Source: a virus | Lineage: Duplodnaviria > Caudoviricetes | Reading direction: 5' to 3' (one strand) | Virus record (IMG/VR): IMGVR_UViG_3300042299_000163 | Span: 1-34,132 of that record | Length of the DNA stretch: 34,132 nucleotides | Part shown: one piece after another, positions 26,547-34,132 of the stretch | How the letters are laid out: the number at the start of each line of letters is the position of its first letter | Position numbering within the stretch: the stretch's first letter is position 1 | The notes under the pieces: model-generated | What the model saw: the letters and a program-made list of their open reading frames with translations, nothing else | Told to the model about the DNA's origin: nothing | The model's database searches: none | Program-made: the position numbers and the translations under genes

Positions 26547-27347
26547 TGCTCTTTGCCGAGAGCAGGTTCGACATTATTACAAAACGTACTAGCCCAAAAT
26601 CCTGATTTTTACGCCACACCAACAAGTGGGTTGATCGAAATCTTTCTTAATGCCAGAAATATATATTCTACAAATATAGAATTCAAGGCTCAAGATATAA
26701 ATGTTGTTGAACCAGCGTTTAAAGCTCTTTGCAAAGAAGGCATGTTCGCATACTTCAACGCCATCACCGATAAGAAATATATTATTGATAAGAGCAGAGG
26801 TTGGAGTGTGACTTATGACTTTTTAAACTGGTATTATCCAGAACCAAAGGTTATTGTTATGGTTCGCGATCTGCGAGCAGTAGTCGCAAGCATGGAAAAA
26901 AAGTGGCGACAACATCAAAACATAGATGCTGGTCTTCAGAATTGGAACGAACTTCGCAACACAACAGTAGATAAAAGAATAGATTACTTTTTAATGCAAG
27001 CGCCGCCACTTGCAGTGAGTATGGATGTATTATACGACACAATCATGCGTAAGTTAAGCAAAAAGTGTTTATTTATTAAGTTTGAAAACTTTGCAGCCAA
27101 TCCTCAACGTGAAATGCAGCGAGTTTATGAATATCTTGAATTGCCATTTTATCAACATGACTTTAACAATGTTGAACAAAAAACTTTTGAAGATGATCGT
27201 ATGCATATTCCTTTCGGCGACCATACTATTCAGAAAGTTATCAAGCCTGTTCCAAATGATTATATCGATGTGTTAGGCAAGCAGAACTGCGATAATATTT
27301 ATAATAGATTTTCTTGGTTCTACAAGGCTTTTAGTTACGATTATTAA
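26523..27347 (+). CDS. PAPS-dependent sulfotransferase
   Basis: 5'-PSB loop SLPRAGSTLL, DKSR, 3'-PB VIVMVRDLRAVVAS and FENF..NP...M..VYEYL. Likely start is ATG 26523 because the track start at 26451 overlaps cysC. Confidence 0.88.
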   Translation: MVEKIFFQCSLPRAGSTLLQNVLAQNPDFYATPTSGLIEIFLNARNIYSTNIEFKAQDINVVEPAFKALCKEGMFAYFNAITDKKYIIDKSRGWSVTYDFLNWYYPEPKVIVMVRDLRAVVASMEKKWRQHQNIDAGLQNWNELRNTTVDKRIDYFLMQAPPLAVSMDVLYDTIMRKLSKKCLFIKFENFAANPQREMQRVYEYLELPFYQHDFNNVEQKTFEDDRMHIPFGDHTIQKVIKPVPNDYIDVLGKQNCDNIYNRFSWFYKAFSYDY

Positions 27348-27366
27348 TTTCTATAGATACAAAAAT

Positions 27367-27373
27367 AGTGTAA
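27367..27373 (+). promoter_or_regulatory. AGTGTAA element before the 93-aa gene
   Basis: AGTGTAA-N15-ATG(27389), intergenic. Confidence 0.6.
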
Positions 27374-27388
27374 AAATATATACAAAAT

Positions 27389-27670
27389 ATGAGCGATCCA
27401 GTATTCCCAATTATTAATCTACCAAATGCAGTAGAAATCCAACAAGCTGCCAATAGCAGTCAAATCGAAATCCTCCAAACAACTGATGATCCAGTTGGTA
27501 AGACAGTAAAAAGCTTGGTAAAAGTATCCACCAATCCTTACGCTCATAATTGGTATACGGTTTGGTCTGGCGATACTTATGATCAAGCTGGTCAATGGAC
27601 TGATGCGGAACTAGCTGCCGCTGTAGTTACTCTTGTTACTGGTGAATATCCACCCGCTCTAAGCCGATAA
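27389..27670 (+). CDS. Small hypothetical protein, possibly virion-associated
   Basis: 93-aa ORF with its own AGTGTAA element upstream and a terminator downstream. Confidence 0.6.
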   Translation: MSDPVFPIINLPNAVEIQQAANSSQIEILQTTDDPVGKTVKSLVKVSTNPYAHNWYTVWSGDTYDQAGQWTDAELAAAVVTLVTGEYPPALSR

Positions 27671-27676
27671 TACAAG

Positions 27677-27705
27677 TAGAAAACTATAAACAAAAAAGTT
27701 AAAAT
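27677..27705 (+). promoter_or_regulatory. Putative sigma70-like promoter for the glycosyltransferase pair
   Basis: TAGAAA(27677-27682)-N17-TAAAAT(27700-27705). Confidence 0.4.
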
Positions 27706-27738
27706 ACCTCAAGGACATATCGTTCTTGAGGTTTTTTT
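27706..27738 (+). terminator. Rho-independent terminator abutting the next ATG
   Basis: ACCTCAAGGAC-ATATC-GTTCTTGAGGT followed by a T run ending at 27738; the next ATG begins at 27739. Confidence 0.75.
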
Positions 27739-28503
27739 ATGGCTGATAAAAAGAAAGTTTTAATCGCAACTCCATCATACGACGGCAAACTTGATGTTTA
27801 TTACATCGACTCACTTCTAAACACTCTATCTTTAGCAGAAAAGAATAATGTAGAAGTTTTTCCATTATTTATTTGTTACGACTCTCTTATTCAACGCGCC
27901 CGAAACGATTTATTTAAACTAGCTTACAGCAACGATATTGATGTATTGTTTTTTATTGATGGTGATGTCGGCTGGAATCCATTGGACTTTTATAAACTAG
28001 TAAATAGCGACAAAGATTTGATTGGCGGCAGCTATAGAAAGAAGAGCGACAATGAAGAACTTTATGTAGTAAAAGCTCTCGACAAAGATAACAGCAAACT
28101 GAATCTAAGCATTGACAAAGATGGTCTTTTGGAAGTTGCTGGATTGGGTTGCGGCTTCATGAAGATTTCCCGCAAGGCTATGGAAGTTCTTTGGGAAATC
28201 TCAAAGCCTTACACATCTGAAAAGGGCGACACACGCATGGTGTTCGAAGTTGTGTGCGAAGATGGCGATCTTATTAGCGAAGACATTTATATGTGCAAAA
28301 AGTGGCGCAATCTTGGAAACAGCGTTTACCTTGACACAAAGATTACCTGCTCGCACACAGGTACGAAGACATTTGTTGGCGACGTAGGTAAATGGATTAA
28401 TTCTTTTAAGAAGCAAGAAACTTTCAATCCACAACCAGTAACAGATATTTCTAGATATTTTGCAAAGAGTGATCCAGATGACGATTTCAAAGTTCTTGTA
28501 TGA
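27739..28503 (+). CDS. GT-A fold glycosyltransferase (GT2-like)
   Basis: VLIATPSY, SLIQRARN, LFFIDGD (DxD), GxGFMKISR, SEDxxxC and CSHTG. Confidence 0.85.
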   Translation: MADKKKVLIATPSYDGKLDVYYIDSLLNTLSLAEKNNVEVFPLFICYDSLIQRARNDLFKLAYSNDIDVLFFIDGDVGWNPLDFYKLVNSDKDLIGGSYRKKSDNEELYVVKALDKDNSKLNLSIDKDGLLEVAGLGCGFMKISRKAMEVLWEISKPYTSEKGDTRMVFEVVCEDGDLISEDIYMCKKWRNLGNSVYLDTKITCSHTGTKTFVGDVGKWINSFKKQETFNPQPVTDISRYFAKSDPDDDFKVLV

Positions 28504-29465
28504 ACGAAATTTTCGCAGATATAATTTTATTTGACAGTATCGGAATGTCTTATACTGGCAATACCATGCATGAAAAAGGCATGGGCGGCAGCGAATTTCA
28601 AGCCATTCTTCTTCTTGAAGAGTTGGCGAAAGAAGGATATAAAGTTATCTGCTTCAATAACTGCGAAAAAGAAATATATATAAATAACGTATTGTATTTA
28701 CCAAATGTTTTAGTAAATAAATACAAGGTAAAATGTAAAAATTTAATAATTCATAGATACAGCGACATTCCAAAGATCGCCCACAAAAAAGCTTTCATGT
28801 GGGCAACTGATCTTAATGGCGTTCATAATCTAAAATTCTATAAATTATTTGAGGAAAAGAAGTTATCTTTAATTACTCTCAGCAAATTTCAAGACAATTT
28901 ATTTCCTGATCATTGGAACAAACATATTATTTATTTTATGATTCCTGATTGGGTGTACGATTATCCAATTCCTCAAAATAAGAAAAATTATATATATGCC
29001 AGTAGTTTAATGAAAGGATATCCACATACTTTGCAGATGTGGAAATATTTAAAAGACGAAAAAATACTATCTGGCACTGATGTCTTAAATGTATGTTTGC
29101 CGGGATATGATAATCCAAAAAATGATATTACCGATGTAAATTATAATGTCAATTATATTGGTACGTTGAATTTTAAAGAAGTTGTTGAACTTATGGCAAA
29201 ATGCAAAGGCATGTTTTATGTAAATATGATGCCCGAAACTTTTGGTATAAGTGTTGTATTGGCTGATATTCTTAAAACGACACCATTTATTTATGGACTC
29301 AATTGTCTAGGATCGTTGCCAGAATTAATAAATAATAACAGCTTGACCTCTGACATGCATACATACATAAACTACTTCAAGAATTACGCTCCAAATCAAC
29401 AAAACCCAAGAAACTTTCGCCCACAAATGGTAATAAAATGGTGGAAGAAGATTTTAGATCTTTAA
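28500..29465 (+). CDS. GT-B fold glycosyltransferase (GT4-like)
   Basis: GMGGSE N-terminal motif, IYASSxxKG and PETFGISVV. Confidence 0.8.
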   Translation: MNEIFADIILFDSIGMSYTGNTMHEKGMGGSEFQAILLLEELAKEGYKVICFNNCEKEIYINNVLYLPNVLVNKYKVKCKNLIIHRYSDIPKIAHKKAFMWATDLNGVHNLKFYKLFEEKKLSLITLSKFQDNLFPDHWNKHIIYFMIPDWVYDYPIPQNKKNYIYASSLMKGYPHTLQMWKYLKDEKILSGTDVLNVCLPGYDNPKNDITDVNYNVNYIGTLNFKEVVELMAKCKGMFYVNMMPETFGISVVLADILKTTPFIYGLNCLGSLPELINNNSLTSDMHTYINYFKNYAPNQQNPRNFRPQMVIKWWKKILDL

Positions 29466-30091
29466 GGTTTGATAAATAATAAACTTTCAGCGATTAGTTC
29501 ATTGTTTTCATTTACTACTGATTCTATTATAGATATAAGATCGAACTTTAGACTAATCATTTTATCGACAATCTGTTGCTTCGTGCAGCCGCCTTCATTG
29601 TAATTAGTTAAAGACACTTCTGCGATAACTACTTTGGCGTTTGAGAAAGTCTGCAATCCTCCATTGATAATATCTAATTCACTACCTTGAGTATCAATTT
29701 TTATTAGATCAAAAATGCCATTAATGCAATCATCTAGTTTATAAATCGGCAACTCTTCGACTATCAAGTTTTCTTCATTGTAGGTTGACGAGTTTTCTTT
29801 GTATATAGAATTGCCTGAACAAATGGGACTCCATTTCGTTTTATAGAATTTGGCGATTCCATTTTCTTTACCAAGTAATTTGATATGATAAGCATAATCT
29901 TTTATTTTGTACAAAGGCTCACATTCTTTGTTGCCTTCAAAAAGAACGATATAAGCAACACGCCAAACATCATGCATAACGTCTGCCGTTTGACAGACGC
30001 TTGCGCCAATATCTAATATTCTTTTTGGATAAAATCCATTCTGCCGCAACATTAAACAAGTTTCTACATAATAGTCATAAGAATAACCCAT
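29462..30091 (-). CDS. FkbM-family SAM-dependent methyltransferase
   Basis: ILDIGA, FE, LDD and DLIKIDTQGSELDII.GG...EVS. Confidence 0.88.
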   Translation of the reverse strand: MGYSYDYYVETCLMLRQNGFYPKRILDIGASVCQTADVMHDVWRVAYIVLFEGNKECEPLYKIKDYAYHIKLLGKENGIAKFYKTKWSPICSGNSIYKENSSTYNEENLIVEELPIYKLDDCINGIFDLIKIDTQGSELDIINGGLQTFSNAKVVIAEVSLTNYNEGGCTKQQIVDKMISLKFDLISIIESVVNENNELIAESLLFIKP

Positions 30092-30103
30092 GACTATTAT
30101 ATA

Positions 30104-30577
30104 TTAAGTTTTTAAAATATCTGGTATAAATTCATGAAGTTTTTGGGGAGTATCGTAATCATTAAAACTTATATCAGTTATGTCTCTTAGTTGTTGTTTT
30201 TTTGCGGCAATTTGAGGCAAAGAAGATGTGTCGCCAGCTTCTAAAGCTCGCATAAATTGCACGTCTAGTTTTTCCAAGAATGGTTTTCGCAAATTTCTAA
30301 ATTGTTCTTTTTTTAATTCTTCTCCTTTGTTTCTATCAAAAAATATTTGACCATTATCATCTACTTTCCAAGCATTTCTAAGATATCTTAACTTAGAAGT
30401 TTCTTCAATCTCTATAAGCCAAGATTTTCTAGTTGAACTATCTATCATTTTTGGCACATCTTTATTTTGAACAAATAATAAAAATTCATCTTGTTCTATT
30501 TTGTCCCATTCTGGTTGATATACTGGATAAATTACAGACATACCACCATCATCATTTTTATATATTATCACTTTCAT
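30104..30577 (-). CDS. Tail fibre assembly chaperone-like protein
   Basis: Directly downstream of the fibre gene; motifs KDVP, RNAW, RxxRKPxLEKLDVQFMRALE and KQQLRDIT. Confidence 0.7.
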   Translation of the reverse strand: MKVIIYKNDDGGMSVIYPVYQPEWDKIEQDEFLLFVQNKDVPKMIDSSTRKSWLIEIEETSKLRYLRNAWKVDDNGQIFFDRNKGEELKKEQFRNLRKPFLEKLDVQFMRALEAGDTSSLPQIAAKKQQLRDITDISFNDYDTPQKLHEFIPDILKT

Positions 30578-30581
30578 AATT

Positions 30582-33500
30582 TTATCTAAAGAATACTGCT
30601 CTTACAGCAACTGCGTCATATAATTGTGCGCCGTGAATATATTCACAAACTAAACGACAACTACCAGCAACTTGAGCATTTGTTTGTCTTGGAACTGCTA
30701 AAACTAATTGATTTAAACTTTGCGCTGAAGTATAATCTATTGTAACAGTTCCAGCTACGGCATAGTTAGCGTCAACCATTGCAGTTGTAAAATTAACAGT
30801 ATAATCACCTACTCCATTATCAGTTAGACTTGCTACATTATGACTAGCATTAACAGCAATTGTTCCTGTTCCATTAAAATGTACCCAAGCTTTTGCTATA
30901 TTTGTAGCAATTGGAGCAGATGAAAATGTTTTAACTCCTGATATAGTTTGAGTAGTGGAAAGGTAAACCCCATCAGTAACCGACGCCGCATTACCACTAC
31001 AACTTGTAGAACTACCAGCAATATTCATCGTTTGACCGCTAATAAATGTAGCAACTTTAGCGGCACTAGCACTTCGATGATAATTGTCACCAAATTTTGC
31101 CATTATAAAAGTAATACCACTAGAACTTGTATCATCACTTGAATTATGATAATTTCCGAATATTTGATTTCCTGTTATATTACCACTACCGTCTCTATAA
31201 ACAATTGTATTTGCTGTAGCAGAGGTTACAGGATTATTAAATCCACTGATTGAACCGGCAGTACCACTAATGTTTCCAGTAATTGTATTGGTTACAGTTA
31301 AACCAACTAGATTACTTGTGCTTGCAGGATCTAAATAATATGTAGTATTATTACTATCGTAGAATAATGGCGCTCTTACACTACTAGCTGATTCAAGATA
31401 ACCATATTGAAAATTATGATATGTGCCATTCCAATAATATAACCAACTTCTAGTATTATCATGAACACCAAAATTATCTCCACCAGTACTCATCATGCAA
31501 TGACGACTTCCAATTCCCCAACCTTGCCAACCATTTACCCCAGTACCATATGTAGAAGCGTTTCCATAACTATTACCAGCCGCACCAGCAGAAGTGATGC
31601 CGTATCCTTTATCTTGGAAATACAAACCAGTATTACCTTGCGCTCTAAACCAATCATTGGCATATACGGCAGATAATTGAGATAGACCTGCTGGATTTAA
31701 ATAATAACCTGTATTATCGCTATCATAAAAGATAGGCGCTCTAAAACTGTATCCAGATTGAACATATCCACTAGAATATGCAACCATATTTGTGATTTGT
31801 GTAGCTCCTGATTTTGTCCAAAAATGTAAATCACCAGTAGCCCAGCTATTTGCAGTACCTGCTGTTTTCTGAGCAGCTAAACCTGCAATACTTACTGTAT
31901 TTCCAGCTCCTACAGCTTCTCTGCTACCCATCGATAATTTTGTCCAAGTATTATTTGTACCATTTAAATTATAAATGAATAACCCAACAGGAGCTTGATC
32001 AATTGCTCCAGTTGCAGAACTATCTTTTCTTATTATTAATGGAGGAGATTGTAAATAACTACTACTACCATCAACATAAGAATCATACATCTGAACGTTG
32101 TTGCTAGAAGTTAATCCGCCAATACCCATTGAGGATATTAATGAAAAACCCGCTGGATCAGTATAATAAGTGGTATCATTGCTGTCATAGAATAATGGCG
32201 CTCTGAATGATCCTCCTTCTTGAGAATATCCAGCGTATTTTGTAAAAGTTGTCGTTGCAGTTGCTGCAACAATATTTACAACGCTACTAGATCCATAAAT
32301 CGCACCTTGACTATTCCAAGAAGAATCTGTAAAAGTCAAAGTATTATACAAATTCATATCATAATAAACGCGCAAAGCCAAAGACGTAGCTAAACCTGAA
32401 TTTATAATTATTGGTGATCCTGTTGCATTTTTAGCAATGTTGTTTGTGTATAAAGTTCCAGCAGTTGTTAAATTATTTACATTACTACCGCTTGCAGGAT
32501 CAACATAATATGAAGTATTATTGCTATCATAAAGGATTGGTGTTTGAACGCTTGAATTTCCATAAACAATATTTGCAATAAAATTTTCATAATCAGAACC
32601 GGGATTATTTCTTATTGCAATTCTTCCACTGCTTTCCATTAATATGTTTGAAGCAACCACTCCAGACCAATGAAAACCTAAAGCAGGAGCATAAATTTCA
32701 CTAGTATTACCACCGCCACCATCAGCTTCTCTAACTTGAATATGACTTGTGTAAGCGGTACCTGTGGTTGTTGATTTTATATAAGCATTACCTGCCGCAT
32801 AAATACCTTGAGAATTTATTGTCCAAGTTCCACTAGCTCCCGATCCAGTTCTAGTTGGAACATCTAAAACAGTTCTGAAATTTGCAGGAGTATAATATCT
32901 TATAAAACCATCGCTAGATGCGTAAACTCTATCAATAGCTGTAGTACCATTATCTCCAGAAGTTGTATTAATCCATCCAGCTTGAATATAACCGTTGCTA
33001 TCTGTTCTTACTATTTTATTGACTTCATTATTTCTGCCTGAATGAACTGCTAAACCTCCAGCAGTAACAGCATTTCCGCTAACTGAACCCGTTATAGTAT
33101 TAGCAACAGTTAAACCAACTAAGTTACTTGTACTAGCCGCATCAATATAATAAGCTGTATTATTAGTGTCTCTAAATTGGGTAGCGTCTACAAAAGCTGG
33201 AAATGTTACGTTTCTATTGTAATCCCAATCATATAATCTTGCACCAGCATCTAATGCATAACTACAAAAATAACGCATACTATAAATATCCATAGTATTT
33301 GCATTTACCCATGTCGGAGTAACTGTTATTCTTATATATCCTATAGTAGCATTATTATTCCAAAAATAATTATACCAACTATGTCCAGGCCAATTGGACA
33401 TTGCACCAGTTGTTGCTATCGTTGTCCAAGTGCTACCGTTCGCTGAAGATTCTATAGTTACGGTAAAACTATTACCGTTTGTGCTATTTGCAATATATAA

Positions 33501-34132
33501 TGTTTTAAAGAATCTATATCCGATAGTACCATTCCACGTCCATCTAACTTGATAAACATTATTAGCAATAGTCATTCCACCAAATCTATCTCCTCTAAAT
33601 ATACTAGTTTCTACTGTACTAGATACGAAAGATGATCCAACAGTAGCCCTAGTTTCATATACGCTTGCAGCATTAAATTGAAAAGTATCATATGTCAATG
33701 AATCGCCATGATGATAAGCGTTTATTGATAAACTTCTTGCGTAAATATCACTTTCAGTTACCCCTCCATGAGGATAATACGCATTTGCATTTACTGCTGC
33801 CAAAGAAGATGTTCCATTAGGATCACAATAATAATTTGTATCACTACTATCGTAAAATATTGGCGCTCTTATAGATGATCCATCAAATAATGCATAATCA
33901 CCACCAACTATTCTTAATCTCCAATTTCCAGCATTATTTAATAAACCGACATCATTGCTATTATTAGCATAAAAATATCCACGAACTGTTCCATTATGTC
34001 CTCCAGTTCTCAATCTTATTCCTTGAGTATTTTGTGCGCTTGCAATATTCCACATGTCAGATGCATCAGAATAAAAATGCTCTCCAGTTGATTCATTATA
34101 CAAACCATTACCACTACTATTATTTCTGAACC
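30582..34132 (-). CDS. Long modular tail fibre; 5' end lies beyond the window
   Basis: The frame stays open past the track start to the edge (...FRNNSSGNGLYNE). It has six APxFYDSxxTxYYxDPA-type repeats and a C-terminal AKAWVHFNG...DNGVGDYTVNF domain, and a chaperone-like gene follows. Confidence 0.85.
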   Translation of the reverse strand, partial: FRNNSSGNGLYNESTGEHFYSDASDMWNIASAQNTQGIRLRTGGHNGTVRGYFYANNSNDVGLLNNAGNWRLRIVGGDYALFDGSSIRAPIFYDSSDTNYYCDPNGTSSLAAVNANAYYPHGGVTESDIYARSLSINAYHHGDSLTYDTFQFNAASVYETRATVGSSFVSSTVETSIFRGDRFGGMTIANNVYQVRWTWNGTIGYRFFKTLYIANSTNGNSFTVTIESSANGSTWTTIATTGAMSNWPGHSWYNYFWNNNATIGYIRITVTPTWVNANTMDIYSMRYFCSYALDAGARLYDWDYNRNVTFPAFVDATQFRDTNNTAYYIDAASTSNLVGLTVANTITGSVSGNAVTAGGLAVHSGRNNEVNKIVRTDSNGYIQAGWINTTSGDNGTTAIDRVYASSDGFIRYYTPANFRTVLDVPTRTGSGASGTWTINSQGIYAAGNAYIKSTTTGTAYTSHIQVREADGGGGNTSEIYAPALGFHWSGVVASNILMESSGRIAIRNNPGSDYENFIANIVYGNSSVQTPILYDSNNTSYYVDPASGSNVNNLTTAGTLYTNNIAKNATGSPIIINSGLATSLALRVYYDMNLYNTLTFTDSSWNSQGAIYGSSSVVNIVAATATTTFTKYAGYSQEGGSFRAPLFYDSNDTTYYTDPAGFSLISSMGIGGLTSSNNVQMYDSYVDGSSSYLQSPPLIIRKDSSATGAIDQAPVGLFIYNLNGTNNTWTKLSMGSREAVGAGNTVSIAGLAAQKTAGTANSWATGDLHFWTKSGATQITNMVAYSSGYVQSGYSFRAPIFYDSDNTGYYLNPAGLSQLSAVYANDWFRAQGNTGLYFQDKGYGITSAGAAGNSYGNASTYGTGVNGWQGWGIGSRHCMMSTGGDNFGVHDNTRSWLYYWNGTYHNFQYGYLESASSVRAPLFYDSNNTTYYLDPASTSNLVGLTVTNTITGNISGTAGSISGFNNPVTSATANTIVYRDGSGNITGNQIFGNYHNSSDDTSSSGITFIMAKFGDNYHRSASAAKVATFISGQTMNIAGSSTSCSGNAASVTDGVYLSTTQTISGVKTFSSAPIATNIAKAWVHFNGTGTIAVNASHNVASLTDNGVGDYTVNFTTAMVDANYAVAGTVTIDYTSAQSLNQLVLAVPRQTNAQVAGSCRLVCEYIHGAQLYDAVAVRAVFFR
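31270..33870 (-). repeat. Six (R)AP(I/L)FYDSx(N/D)TxYYxDPA repeats in the tail fibre
   Basis: Copies near 33820-33868, 33135-33186, 32495-32545, 32150-32204, 31690-31743 and 31320-31376. Exact DNA matches: TAGAATAATGGCGCTCT at 31360-31376 and 32188-32204; ACAGTTAAACCAACTA at 31294-31309 and 33106-33121. Confidence 0.9.

Noticed and set aside
30582-34132. Shufflon or invertible fibre system
   Set aside because: Repeats are direct and degenerate; no invertase or inverted alternative C-termini in the window.
1-34132. Stop-codon recoding, tRNA/rRNA genes, tail sheath gene
   Set aside because: ORFs tile the window densely in the standard code, intergenic gaps are too short for RNA genes, and no sheath-like protein was recognised.

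Overview
AT-rich (visually about 30% GC) tail and neck morphogenesis region of a large tailed phage with a lambda/T5-like non-contractile tail, read in the standard genetic code. The minus strand (1-22038) carries two putative tail chaperones, a 3128-aa tape measure protein (TMP), two tail-tube paralogs, a fibre-like protein, a tandem-duplicated gpM/Dit, a LamG-like protein and gpL, gpK(JAB) and gpI homologs. The plus strand (22073-25468) carries neck/tail-completion genes and the major tail protein. An APS kinase, a sulfotransferase, two glycosyltransferases and an FkbM methyltransferase follow, then a fibre chaperone and a long repeat-modular tail fibre running off the right edge. The main finding is about 1080 aa in the middle of the TMP. 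It holds an array of unrelated enzyme-like domains: two PD-(D/E)XK nuclease-like, one HAD-like, one GNAT-like and one unknown. Each is bracketed by a conserved G-F-I-P-N-F-A/S peptide repeat, which suggests the TMP is a cassette-based vehicle that injects effectors into the host. Also notable are an AGTGTAA element 8-15 nt upstream of five start codons, apparently leaderless expression, and a tube and Dit built from tandem domains. All assignments come from reading motifs by eye; no database search was run.
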